64,000 nt of DNA from Oikopleura dioica. Its lineage: Eukaryota > Animalia > Chordata. Below the pieces are notes generated by a model, which searched no databases, was not told the DNA's origin, and was given only the letters and a program-made list of their open reading frames with translations. The first letter of the stretch is position 1. Every line of letters begins with the position of its first letter. Location of the stretch: NCBI GenBank assembly GCA_907165135.1, contig OU015567.1, positions 12,648,001 through 12,712,000 of the forward strand, given 5' to 3'. Made by a program: the position numbers and the translations under genes. Of this stretch, positions 11,355 to 20,353 are shown piece by piece.

Positions 11355-14300
11355 TCATGCTGAAGCCTGGTCGAATACTGTTTTAGAGCGTAACATCCGC
11401 TGTTGAGAATTTTTCTGAAGCTCTCCTTCAGAGCAGCCCAAACACTTGAGAACTATCCGCTTCCTGAATGCTCTGATAGGTGTACTTACAGAATGACTTC
11501 GCAAATACAGGGCTTCTATCGTTGTTTGTCCTTCGATTTGGCAGCATCTGTCTAAATCTGAAATAAAAAATTCTCCAAAGTCTTTGATAAGCCCCCTTGC
11601 CGTATGTTCCTGAATTAAAAGATCACTTATAAGACCAAAATTAAAAATACAAAGCTAATAAAAAAGAATCTCCCGGATATCCCAGGCCCCGGAACTGGAG
11701 AGTCCAAAAAGTAAACAGTCAATTACAGAAGGTCAGCAGGAGGTCGCATATGCTGTCACACTCGACGGATAAAGTGCCACTAATACGGTTAACTTCCGAG
11801 CTGAATTGGAAAATTTAGAATTTTTGAAATGTGAGTATTAATAAACACGCGCATCGATTTCTACGTAAATTTTGGGATTTGACGGAATGCGAATATTTTC
11901 GCGCTGTTTTGACTTGATATAAATTGCGCCCAGTGCTTCCCAGTACAGATAATAATTTAATGATTTTGATGAGTTGTTCAAAATCACTGAAATCACAAAA
12001 AATGAAAGATAAGTGCGCTATTTTTTCCGGAAACATGACTTTTTGAACGGGCGTTTTTCAAATTTGTCTGATGAAATTTATTCTTGGTGCTCGCTGTCCA
12101 ACAAGTCTTATGTACTCTGTTGAAGCGAGTGGTGATTAATGGGAAGAAAAACGTTATCGTAAAATTCTACTGTAACTACGTGTCTCTATGTACTTCTGCT
12201 CTCTGTCACCACACTCTCTCTCTATTTACTCTTCTACATTTAAGCGCTCGACGCAAGAATAAAGTAGTCTTCTGTTAGGAAATTACAGGACTCACATTTA
12301 GTCGCATTAAATTGGTGACTGAAGTGAAAAGGACTTCGCCTCTACGAGTTGGTAGATAAGCCTCGGGAAGGAGGTTAAGTTGAGGAATCAACGTTGATTA
12401 AGGAATATTTTGCTTTCTTGAAAGAAAGAGCGGGTTTGACGACTTTTGTTTTAGTAGATGAATCAAGATTAAAGATTGTATGAATCTTAAATCACACTAA
12501 TCATCAGGAAAGGAATCAATAATTTTTCTTAAAATCCAGAATGGCAAAAGAGGAGAGTAAAGAAAATAAGGGCATACCCAAATTCCCCGTTGATCTAGAA
12601 TCATTGAACCAACCACTGATTAAATTCATTTTATCAATTATCGATACTAAAAATTTCGCGGAACTTAAATCAGCAAGAAAACAACAACAGTTAGAAGCTA
12701 TTCAGAATTACGGTCTCGGAAATAATGACACTATTGACTTTGGTGCAATCCATTTTCCAGAAAAAGCATTGTTATGCGTCGTTCCAATAAGTGCGCCTTA
12801 TCAAGTTAATGAAGATAGACAAGACTCAGTAAGAGAACTCGATAGTCTTATTTTAGATTTGGCGAGCAGAGACCCGAAGACTAGTTTTTTCAGTATTGAA
12901 AATTTAGGTGATCCAAATACTTTCGGCACGACTAATGAAACCGGACGACTTTTTATACAGTCGTATCTACCAGAATTCGCGAAATTCAAGCTAGATCAAT
13001 CTGTCGTAAAAACGGATTATGTTTCTAAAAAAGTTGATTTTGAGGATAGGACTCCTGAAACGGATGGTCTACCTACACCGGGTGCATTTTCGCGCAAGCC
13101 AAAATTTAATCCTGATACACCACTCCCATTTTCCACTCCATATTTTATGTCAGATAGACTTCCAAGAAGGTCTCTCTATGAGGACAGTAAGATTTCTGAG
13201 CCAAATCCGGCACCAAGACAACCTAATTTGGAGGAAAGCTTTTCCTCAGCGTTTAGAATCGACCTTAAGGATCAGGCTAAAATTCGGATAACTTTATCGC
13301 AAATGACATTTGAAAAGCTAAAAGATATTTCTAATTGGATGGCAGATGCCCTTTTTCAGTGTAAACTTGCGGGAATCACATCTGAGCAAATTAAAATAAG
13401 TCAGATATTGGCGAATGTGGAGTCAAACTTGAAAAGTCTGCTAATTCGAAAAATGAGTCGTAACGGGCAAATTTCGTGCGATGCTCTTTTGAATGCATTT
13501 TATGAATGCTCAAACTTTACTCCGTTAGATGCGAAAAATTCAATAGAAAAATTCGGGATTTCTCCAAGCCGACCCCTTATCGAGCAATTTTATAAAATGT
13601 TAGGAATGGCGGAAAGGGCATGGCCAGGTCGATCTCAGAACGCGATTGAAGAACTTACTTTGATTGAATTTATTAAGAAAATGCCAACAAAAGTTACTAA
13701 CGAGAGTATTTTTAAACTAAGGGATGAAAGGCTTAGCACGGTTGAAACCCTTAATCTATTGCAGAAATTAACAGATATGAAAAAAGAGTCCAGTGTCGTT
13801 ATAAACGCACTAGACAAGAGTAAAGTGCAGTGCTATTATTGTCAAAAATTTGGTCATACCAAAAAAGAGTGTAGAAAACGGTTAAGAGACCTTGAAAATG
13901 CCAAGAGGAATTCAGGTCAAGACAAAAAATTCTCGAAACCAACCTTTGGTTCTGATAGAAAAGGAGAAAAAAGTCCGTCCCAATTCCAGAGTAAGGGTGA
14001 AAAATCGAATTTCGAGCAAGCCCGACAATCAAAAGGACAGAAGGATCGAAGTAGTGGATCATTCGGAAAAGTCGAACCGGGTAGAAAATGTTTTTTCTGT
14101 GGCAAGGAAGGTCACTACAAAAAAGATTGTTTTAAGTTCAAGAGATATGTAAATTTTTTACAAAAAGAGAATCAAGAAAATGATTCCCAAAAGGAGGGTC
14201 AATCAAGCACTAGCTTTCGCGGCGACTACTTGGATGAGTAATGGGTGAAATTCCAACTTGCTCGGTACAGTTGCTACAGTACCATGGTAGTGAAATAATA

Positions 14301-17300
14301 ACTGTAAATATAAGTAATTGCATTATAGACACAGGATCAAATAGTAGTTATGTACATAGACGCGCAATAGGATCAAAGTTAAAAGAAGAAAATGTGAGGT
14401 ACCAAGTCGGAAACGTAAAACAAAATTCAATGATAAGAATTAACCGCGCCATAAATGCTAATGTAAAAATTGAAGATAATAGCGAAATTTCGAATTGCGA
14501 GTTGTGCATTCTTGAGGATGAAAGTATTACAGTACCCGGCATAGTCGGAATGGACATACTTTCCGATAAAATTATAAGGGCAAAAAACGTGACCATAGCT
14601 CATTCATCGGTAGGATTTCAGAAATCGGAAATCATGGATGATGGAATCAATAATTTAGGAGTAAATTTTTTAAGAAAATCGGTAGATACGCGAGAATCAT
14701 CAGTTTATCTTAGGGCTCTAACGTTAATTGAACCACATTCGGAAGTTTCTTTGCCAACCAGTCGATACAGATATGATAATTTGAACAATTTATCACTTTC
14801 AAAAGATTTAGAAAACGTCGGTGTTATTTTAGAACAAAGAGTAAAGCCGGGAAAATTATCAAGTAATCAAGTAAGAATTCGTAATCCCTCGGAAAATGCG
14901 TTTATTATAGAGGAAGGATCTACTATTTTGAGTCCCTGTAATGGGAATAGAAATGACTTTTCAGAGGATCAAGAGGAAAATAAAATCCTAAACTTTTTAG
15001 TAAATACAAAAGATGTCTCGAATTTCGAAAGAATAGTTCTGAAAAAGGAGCTAGAACAATGGAGACAAAAAAGAAACGAACTTGTTAAAAATGTCTGTGT
15101 TCGTAAAGAAATCGAAAGCGCAGTTAAGGGTGCACCCATTGCTCACCGTGAGGAATTATCAAGGATTTTGGCCAAATTCGATTGGATTTTTTCCCGTCAC
15201 AGTAGCGACTGCGGACTTACGCCTAGGTTTATGGCGGAAATACGTTTGAAAGACAAAAACCAAGAGCCAATTTTCGTTCGTCCATATAAGACAGATAGTA
15301 ATTGCGTAAGAATAGTGGAAGAGAAATTAGAAGAAATGAAAAAAGCAGGCATTTTGGAGCACTGTATCTCCGCCTGGAACAGCCCCCTTCTTACAGTTAA
15401 AAAGCGTGACAACTCAGTTAGGGTGGTCAATAATTACAGTGGAACTAATGGTGGCAAGATGAATCGTGGTTCAGTTAACAGTAACATGTTGTTACCCCGT
15501 TACCCGATTTTACCTATCAGGGTTATTTTGACGAAAATAAGTAATGCAATCTCAGCTTTAAAAATAAAATTTCCAGGTGAAAAAATATGTTTTCTATCAA
15601 TAGACGTAAGAAACGCGTATTACTCATTAGGTCTAACAGAAAAGTCCAGGGACATTACAAGTTTTTTGTTTGGATCAGAGCAGTTGAGATACACTAGAAT
15701 GAGCCAGGGGCTGTCGAACGCGCCAGCAACTTTTCAGTGTTTTATAAGTAAGATCATTGACCGAATTAGATCAGTTGATAAGGACCTTTTCATTATTGGT
15801 TACATGGATGACATATTGTCCATCACCACTCAAAAACGCCATAATGCCGCGCTAGAAAATATTTTTTCAGTTTTAATGAGCGAAAACCTCGTCGTTGCCA
15901 TCAAAAAATGCTCATTTTTCCAGCTTGAAACCGAGTTTTTAGGATATTTAGTAAATATAAATGGTATAAAAGTAAATGACAAAAAGATTAAGGCGTTATT
16001 AGAATTAGAATATCCGACAAGCGCGAAGGGTGCCATGCGCATCATTGGAGCTTTCAATTACTATAATAGACAGGTTAAGGGTATCGCTGCGTTATTAGAC
16101 CCTATCGCCAAATCATGCGGTAAAGGTCGTAATTACGAATTGACACAAGAAATAAAAGACGCACTCGACTTAGTGAAAGAAAAAATTAAGGGAGGGATAA
16201 GCACAAATCATTTAGAGTACGTCGATGGCAGTAACGATCGATACATCTTTATCTGCGCAGATACTTCGCAAGATAAAACAGGTTCTGTAGTCGGAAACTG
16301 CACCATTAAAAATGATAAGATTTCGGAAATTTCGATCGCGGCTTATTTTTCGAAAAGGTTGAGCGAACAGGAGAGTTTACTGTCTTCGAGGGCGAGAGAG
16401 TTAATAGGTTTACAGTACGGTTTGAGGCATTTTTCGGACATTTTGCCTACGTTCCTCAAAGTCATCGCATTTATTGACCATCGGAGTTTGGAGGGGGTTC
16501 ATCATTCAGGAAGTTTAAAAGGATCCGGCAGCACTAGAACAAGATCGGCTTACGCTGACATTTGTGACTTTCCACTCCTAGAAATTCGCTTTTTGCCAGG
16601 GTCTGACAAGTTGATAGGCGTCGTGGATTCTCTCTCTAGGACGGATTCATCTTCAGAAATTTTAAGTCGTGAAATTTTCCATCCAAGAAATGATGGAATT
16701 TTAGCAAAACTGATTCTTTTAAAACAGACAAAGTAAACAGCGTTCTGGAACAAACCTTCGCAAATAGTTGCGACACCGGCCCAAGGTGAAAATTCGTGTC
16801 ATAAAATTCGCTCGAGTCTTGCAGTCTGTGTACCAGGCGGCAAAAAATTTGCATAAATACGGAACGAAAAACGCATGAAAATCAGAAGGCAAGAGAAATT
16901 TTGCCATGAGTTTCGAGCAGGAAACTCCGATGGTCGGAACAGACCAAAACTGCCTCGACTTTTTAGAGGTTTTAAGCCAAAGTCCTGGCCAAAGCTCCGA
17001 AGTAGGAGAGGTCGTATTTTACGACAGGGACCTAAGCATTGGTCCATCCGTCAAGCTTGACGTAGCTCCTTTTGTTAAGGAGGGAGAGAGCACCAAGAAG
17101 ACATCCAAATTACCAACAGAAGCAGTAAACATCAAAGAAATACTCCAACGGGAAAGACACGAAAAAATACAAAGCTTGGTTGAGGCAAGTGAAACAATCA
17201 AAAACGCCAGCGCGAAGAAAAGAAAACTCGTTTGGAAAAACCTAGCAACTCCAACAGATGAAGGAAGATATATGAGATCTCTTCAAGAGAAACTCCAGCC

Positions 17301-18790
17301 CTTCTACCCGTTTTCACTTCCTCCGGCACCCGATCGGCTACAAATTGAACTAGCAGATGCACTCGCTAGGGCAGCACCAATGGAAATCAAGAAGATCTGG
17401 AGGCAAATAGTACAAATGGACCGAAGCGCAAGCGACTCGAACGTTGAAACGACAATCTCGATGAACAATAAAAAACTGTTAGATCTACACAGCCACTTCG
17501 ACGAAATCGACTACGATATAAGATATTTTGCGGGAAATACAAGGTCTACAATATTCTGCGCTCTAATGGCCGATGCGACTCAAGTATTAGCCGCGAATCT
17601 CTACCCGTCCCCGTCGCAACAATTGATGACTGGAGCCCCGGCAATCATCCCCCATTTGAAACTGAATTTACGTGACAGGAAGAAATTGAAGAAATCAGCG
17701 TCGCAGCATTTTGGTGTAACCTTTTAGTTCTCAAAACATGGGGAAGAGTTAATGGGAAGAAAAACGTTATCGTAAAATTCTACTGTAACTACGTGTCTCT
17801 ATGTACTTCTGCTCTCTGTCACCACACTCTCTCTCTATTTACTCTTCTACATTTAAGCGCTCGACGCAAGAATAAAGTAGTCTTCTGTTAGGAAATTACA
17901 GGACTCACATTTAGTCGCATTAGTGATGATTTACAACTGTTTGAGAATATTTCTTTCGATCAAATTTGATCATCGAAATAACGCAAATCTGCTGCAAGAA
18001 GCAATTCCCTGTCAGTCATAAATTTGCTCGACTGGTCTATCACTGTCTCCTTCAGCAATTTTTACAAGCTCGTTTCGTTTGCTTCCTACATAAACAATTC
18101 GAAGAAGTCTGAAACGCGATACTTGAAAGATTTAAAAGGTGATGCAGAAAGGAGCAGTTTTACTAATTCGACCTGCTAGTCACGCCTAGAAAAATGGATG
18201 ATTTACAGAACAGGATCTGTCTCTTTACAAGACATTTTCTATTAAAATGTGTGGCAATTCGAAATTCCACGAAAATTGCGCGAAAAAGCGCTCACACCAG
18301 ATCAAAGGCCAAAACAAACTTTGACGACAAAGTTTAATTAACACATTTTTTTCTGGAAGAAATTCCACAAGTTTGGGAGTTTTCGCTCGAGCGACTGGTG
18401 AGGCTTAAGCCATGGCAATATTTATCAGCATTGGGGGCCAATTCAAGGGGATTACTGGAGCACGAAATCAGCCGCCGAATCTCTGGATTTTCACTTCTGA
18501 AAATTAGTGTGAAGCGCCACACGCTTTGATAGTTCGATACCATAACAAATTTCAAGCGATTTTTGACAGGATCGAGCGTTGGGAACCTCAGCCTAAACAA
18601 AACAGTTGAAATGTATGGTACAACCACGCACGCTCACATCCAGCTGCAGGATTTCCACATCAGTTTCATCCCCCGCATCCGGACGCGCTACACGAACAAA
18701 AAATATTTATTGTTGCTGATTCAATCTCAATCTGAACTTAATTTCTCTGCTGACAAAAAAGACTACTCACAGTTTCCATTAATAGATCAT
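11355..18790 (-). CDS. Tentative multi-exon orphan gene whose intron appears to host the LTR element
   Basis: Chains of short exon-like segments with plausible splice sites and compatible phases lie on both sides of the element, e.g. SEVNRISGTLSVECDSICDLLLTF|YLDRCCQIEGQTTIEALYLRSHS at about 11800-11490 and VARPDAGDETDVEILQLD at about 18690-18635. The model is incomplete and the boundaries approximate. Confidence 0.3.
12137..12309 (+). repeat. 5' LTR (173 bp)
   Basis: Starts TAATGGGAAG, ends GTCGCATTA, contains AATAAA. Identical by eye to 17750-17922. Confidence 0.97.
12312..12325 (+). other. Putative primer-binding site
   Basis: TGGTGACTGAAG begins a few nt after the 5' LTR. TGG is complementary to the tRNA CCA end. 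Primer tRNA identity not assignable by eye. Confidence 0.55.
12541..14241 (+). CDS. gag: Gag (566 aa) with two CCHC zinc knuckles
   Basis: CYYCQKFGHTKKEC and CFFCGKEGHYKKDC (CX2CX4HX4C), first ORF after the 5' LTR. Confidence 0.93.
   Translation: MAKEESKENKGIPKFPVDLESLNQPLIKFILSIIDTKNFAELKSARKQQQLEAIQNYGLGNNDTIDFGAIHFPEKALLCVVPISAPYQVNEDRQDSVRELDSLILDLASRDPKTSFFSIENLGDPNTFGTTNETGRLFIQSYLPEFAKFKLDQSVVKTDYVSKKVDFEDRTPETDGLPTPGAFSRKPKFNPDTPLPFSTPYFMSDRLPRRSLYEDSKISEPNPAPRQPNLEESFSSAFRIDLKDQAKIRITLSQMTFEKLKDISNWMADALFQCKLAGITSEQIKISQILANVESNLKSLLIRKMSRNGQISCDALLNAFYECSNFTPLDAKNSIEKFGISPSRPLIEQFYKMLGMAERAWPGRSQNAIEELTLIEFIKKMPTKVTNESIFKLRDERLSTVETLNLLQKLTDMKKESSVVINALDKSKVQCYYCQKFGHTKKECRKRLRDLENAKRNSGQDKKFSKPTFGSDRKGEKSPSQFQSKGEKSNFEQARQSKGQKDRSSGSFGKVEPGRKCFFCGKEGHYKKDCFKFKRYVNFLQKENQENDSQKEGQSSTSFRGDYLDE
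14241..16736 (+). CDS. pol: Pol (831 aa): aspartic protease, reverse transcriptase, RNase H; no integrase
   Basis: IIDTGS protease motif. RT motifs IDVRNAYY, MSQGLSNAPATFQ, YMDD, FLGY. RNase H residues ADTS, ARE, IDH, VDSLSR. The ORF stops about 30 aa after VDSLSR with no HHCC or DDE region. Confidence 0.95.
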   Translation: MGEIPTCSVQLLQYHGSEIITVNISNCIIDTGSNSSYVHRRAIGSKLKEENVRYQVGNVKQNSMIRINRAINANVKIEDNSEISNCELCILEDESITVPGIVGMDILSDKIIRAKNVTIAHSSVGFQKSEIMDDGINNLGVNFLRKSVDTRESSVYLRALTLIEPHSEVSLPTSRYRYDNLNNLSLSKDLENVGVILEQRVKPGKLSSNQVRIRNPSENAFIIEEGSTILSPCNGNRNDFSEDQEENKILNFLVNTKDVSNFERIVLKKELEQWRQKRNELVKNVCVRKEIESAVKGAPIAHREELSRILAKFDWIFSRHSSDCGLTPRFMAEIRLKDKNQEPIFVRPYKTDSNCVRIVEEKLEEMKKAGILEHCISAWNSPLLTVKKRDNSVRVVNNYSGTNGGKMNRGSVNSNMLLPRYPILPIRVILTKISNAISALKIKFPGEKICFLSIDVRNAYYSLGLTEKSRDITSFLFGSEQLRYTRMSQGLSNAPATFQCFISKIIDRIRSVDKDLFIIGYMDDILSITTQKRHNAALENIFSVLMSENLVVAIKKCSFFQLETEFLGYLVNINGIKVNDKKIKALLELEYPTSAKGAMRIIGAFNYYNRQVKGIAALLDPIAKSCGKGRNYELTQEIKDALDLVKEKIKGGISTNHLEYVDGSNDRYIFICADTSQDKTGSVVGNCTIKNDKISEISIAAYFSKRLSEQESLLSSRARELIGLQYGLRHFSDILPTFLKVIAFIDHRSLEGVHHSGSLKGSGSTRTRSAYADICDFPLLEIRFLPGSDKLIGVVDSLSRTDSSSEILSREIFHPRNDGILAKLILLKQTK
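16906..17727 (+). CDS. ORF3 of the LTR element, 273 aa, unknown function
   Basis: ATG-initiated uninterrupted ORF between pol and the PPT. Basic KKRK and RDRKKLKK patches. No obvious signal peptide, TM segment or catalytic motif. Confidence 0.75.
   Translation: MSFEQETPMVGTDQNCLDFLEVLSQSPGQSSEVGEVVFYDRDLSIGPSVKLDVAPFVKEGESTKKTSKLPTEAVNIKEILQRERHEKIQSLVEASETIKNASAKKRKLVWKNLATPTDEGRYMRSLQEKLQPFYPFSLPPAPDRLQIELADALARAAPMEIKKIWRQIVQMDRSASDSNVETTISMNNKKLLDLHSHFDEIDYDIRYFAGNTRSTIFCALMADATQVLAANLYPSPSQQLMTGAPAIIPHLKLNLRDRKKLKKSASQHFGVTF
17740..17748 (+). other. Polypurine tract
   Basis: GGGGAAGAG one nt upstream of the 3' LTR. Confidence 0.8.
17750..17922 (+). repeat. 3' LTR (173 bp)
   Basis: Identical to the 5' LTR, followed by the TSD GTGAT. 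Confidence 0.97.
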
Positions 18791-18825
18791 CTTTTCTAAG
18801 CAATAAAATTTCATTATTTTTCAGT

Positions 18826-18946
18826 TGAAATCGAGAAGCCGCTCGCGGCTTCGAGCTTCGAAAATATAATAGCCGCGCAAAGCGCGGCTTTAATAATTAT
18901 TCTCGAAGCCGCAAGCGGCTTCTCGGTTTTGAGGGCCTCGATTTCA
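18826..18946. repeat. Nested palindrome with three AGCCGC/GCGGCT hairpins inside TGAAATCGAG...CTCGATTTCA inverted ends
   Basis: AAGCCGC-TC-GCGGCTT, AGCCGCGC-AAA-GCGCGGCT and AAGCCGC-AA-GCGGCTT, separated by AT-rich spacers. Confidence 0.8.
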
Positions 18947-19149
18947 GGGACAAAAGTACTCTAACTCTAGCCCGAGCCATTTTTTTTGCAGAAAAAGCAA
19001 CAACATGAAAAATCTTTCTTAGAAGTTTTTAAAAAATGATCCGAAAATAACCGCTCAGGAGCACAAAAACAGCGGTTTGTTGAGTTGTCCATCCGCTGCT
19101 AATCCGTAATTGTGACCTGAATAATGACGGAAAGGGACAGGCGCAGCGG

Positions 19150-20353
19150 CGGTTCATCTAAGAAAGGTGCTGAGCCGAGCTGGAGGAAGTTTAGAAAACC
19201 TCGTCCTCGGGAAGGCTCTAATCCGCCAATCCACAGTGTTCTTTTTCCCTGCGTCTTCAAACACAAGATCAATCGTTCTTTATTTTTGGAGGAAAGACAG
19301 CGCGTCGGGAGCCAGCAGTCAATCTCAGCGTTTGACAGCAATGCTCACTCTATCCAATATCGCCAAAATTCATTCAGAAATCAGGAATGTCAATAAGTCT
19401 ATCGCAGCTTATGTTTTTGATACACTTCCAAAATTTTCACAAGCTGGCAAAAATCTGACTCAGGGTCTGAAAATGCTTTTCAATTTAATAAAAGCTGCTT
19501 CAGGAGTCCCTGACTCAGGTTTTCTACACAGTTCTCCGAGTCTTGAACTTGAATTCGCTCGAATTTGTATCTTTCTATTGACTTTTCATATTTGATATTA
19601 ATATTTTGCAATTTATCGATAATTGTAAATTCTTACTCTTGTTATTTCTCGCGTAAATTGTTACCGTAAATTGAAAATTGAACGATCTTTTCGCGAAAAT
19701 GCGCCAAAAAAGGTTGATTTAATTCTTGCGGCTCATCTTCACTGGAAGCGATTTTGGCCCAGTTGTGGCCTGGTTTGAATCCCATCATCGAATCTGGGAT
19801 CTGGCCTTGATGCGAATCACATTTTCGATCCAGATTACTGCCACTCGCCAAATTTACCAAATAACTGCTTATGAGCCTGCCTCCGTGCTCTGGGCCCCTG
19901 CCGCTTGTAAACAAACTTTCGCGAAAATTGTAGCGATAAGGAGTGATTATCAGCGTTTTCTTACTCTCAGCAGGGGATTTTTCGATTATGCTTTTTCATC
20001 AAATAAAACTTAAAGTTTACCTTTTCATTAATTTTTCCTAAGAAATCGATTTTTACGCGCGCTTCGTAAAAATTAATATTTTCAATCAATGATTATCTCT
20101 ATCAATCTTTGTTTTGTCCATCTCAGATCCTCTTGCCCGGAAACTTAACCTGTTCGCGTGCCGAAAAACAATCCATTTCGATAAAAATTCTCTTGCGTCA
20201 GATCTCGGCAGGGGCTCCATCAAACTCTTTATCACTGCCTCGCCTAGTCATCTTATCAGACTTCTCCCGCCATCAGTGCGCGGCGGATCATCCATCAATG
20301 TCTCAGCTAGTCACTCTCGTCTCGGCTTGTTACGTAAAAAGCCAACCGGTTAA
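19150..20353 (+). CDS. Tentative multi-exon orphan gene
   Basis: Three protein-like open segments (LRKVLSRAGGSLENL...MLTLSNIAKIHSEIRNV...; DFGPVVAWFESHHRIWDL...; DPLARKLNLFACRK...KPTG*) separated by AT-rich intron-like spacers. Splice sites only partly resolved. Confidence 0.35.

Larger units (their letters stand above)
12137..17922 (+). mobile_element. Ty3/gypsy-type (Tor-like) LTR retroelement, 5786 bp, lacking integrase
   Basis: Two identical 173-bp LTRs, TSD GTGAT (12132-12136, 17923-17927), PBS-like TGGTGAC after the 5' LTR, polypurine tract before the 3' LTR, gag, PR-RT-RH pol and a third ORF. Confidence 0.97.

Noticed and set aside
11530-11560. LDRCCQ resembling the phospholipase A2 active-site motif
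   Set aside because: It lacks the catalytic His-Asp pair that must follow the CC.
14154-14160. HIV-type slippery heptamer T TTT TTA in the gag frame near the gag-pol junction
   Set aside because: The -1 frame hits TGA at 14181 and two more stops before the pol ATG, so it cannot yield Gag-Pol.
16875-17060. 61-aa Arg-rich ORF overlapping the start of ORF3
   Set aside because: Short alternate-frame ORF with no integrase motifs. It cannot be supported without conservation data, although it should be rechecked if family members are found.
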